DNA of 35,543 nucleotides from Planctomycetaceae bacterium (GTDB lineage: Bacteria; Planctomycetota; Planctomycetia; Pirellulales; Thermoguttaceae): assembly GCA_009776995.1 (NCBI GenBank), contig WRMR01000001.1:1-35543 (forward strand). Direction: 5' to 3'. The notes beneath the pieces are model-generated. The model was not told where the DNA came from, did not search any database, and saw only the letters and a list, made by a program, of their open reading frames with translations. The position numbers and the translations under genes are program-made. Position 1 is the stretch's first letter. Each line of letters begins with the position of its first letter. Of the stretch, positions 35,439-35,543 are shown piece by piece.

Positions 35439-35543
35439 TGGCGAATGGCAACCGATCTTTGACAATGAGTGTGCGGCAAGAAGTCCGTAGAAAGGAGCAA
35501 AATCATGTAAAAGTCAACATGTACAACACCTTTCGTTGAGTAC

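Noticed and set aside
35439-35543. Short ORF MANGNRSLTMSVRQEVR* overlapping the stop of the 257-aa gene
   Set aside because: It is only 17 codons with no supporting signal, and it is too close to the window edge to interpret.

Overview
GC-rich chromosomal window. The gene content suggests Planctomycetota, which is an inference: an 850-aa YidC with a PDZ insert, a Tat-signal Gfo/Idh/MocA + ThuA + HEAT block, an FGE/SUMF1-domain protein, an LRR protein, and a four-helix-bundle cassette flanked by GCAGAAT heptamers. Layout, left to right: (1) The F1 ATP synthase genes are split into atpA-[small membrane ORF]-atpG (1-2397) and atpD-atpC (8782-10813). The 6.4 kb between them carries an unusually long membrane pyrophosphatase (hppA), three ParE-type toxin-antitoxin cassettes (two decayed, one intact), a secreted DUF2961/GH172 gene bracketed by direct repeats of the decayed cassettes, and a DUF4870 membrane protein. 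(2) A minus-strand block holds hemC, a small secreted protein and an FGE-domain protein. (3) A plus-strand run holds a metallophosphoesterase, a four-helix-bundle cassette enclosed by inverted heptamer arrays, yidC, a Tat-exported MBL hydrolase, a transglutaminase-like membrane protein and an orphan MotA/ExbB-type channel. (4) The most unusual locus (about 23.1-28.2 kb) starts with an AT-rich spacer containing a radical-SAM-like fragment. It continues with a roughly 950-aa SNF2 helicase, an array of 13 exactly phased 21-bp quasi-palindromic repeats, and a SWIM zinc-finger protein with a histone-H1-like Lys/Ala/Pro tail. It ends in an unannotated IS630-family transposase remnant fused in frame behind an LRR gene. 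(5) A minus-strand LRR gene and a HEAT / Gfo-Idh-MocA / ThuA block follow. (6) A visibly AT-richer terminal island holds a frameshifted colicin/pyocin-type HNH DNase toxin domain and a possible immunity-type gene. No rRNA, tRNA or CRISPR array was seen. Most long antisense ORFs in the track are GC-driven shadow ORFs. All family assignments come from motif recognition by eye, with no database search.
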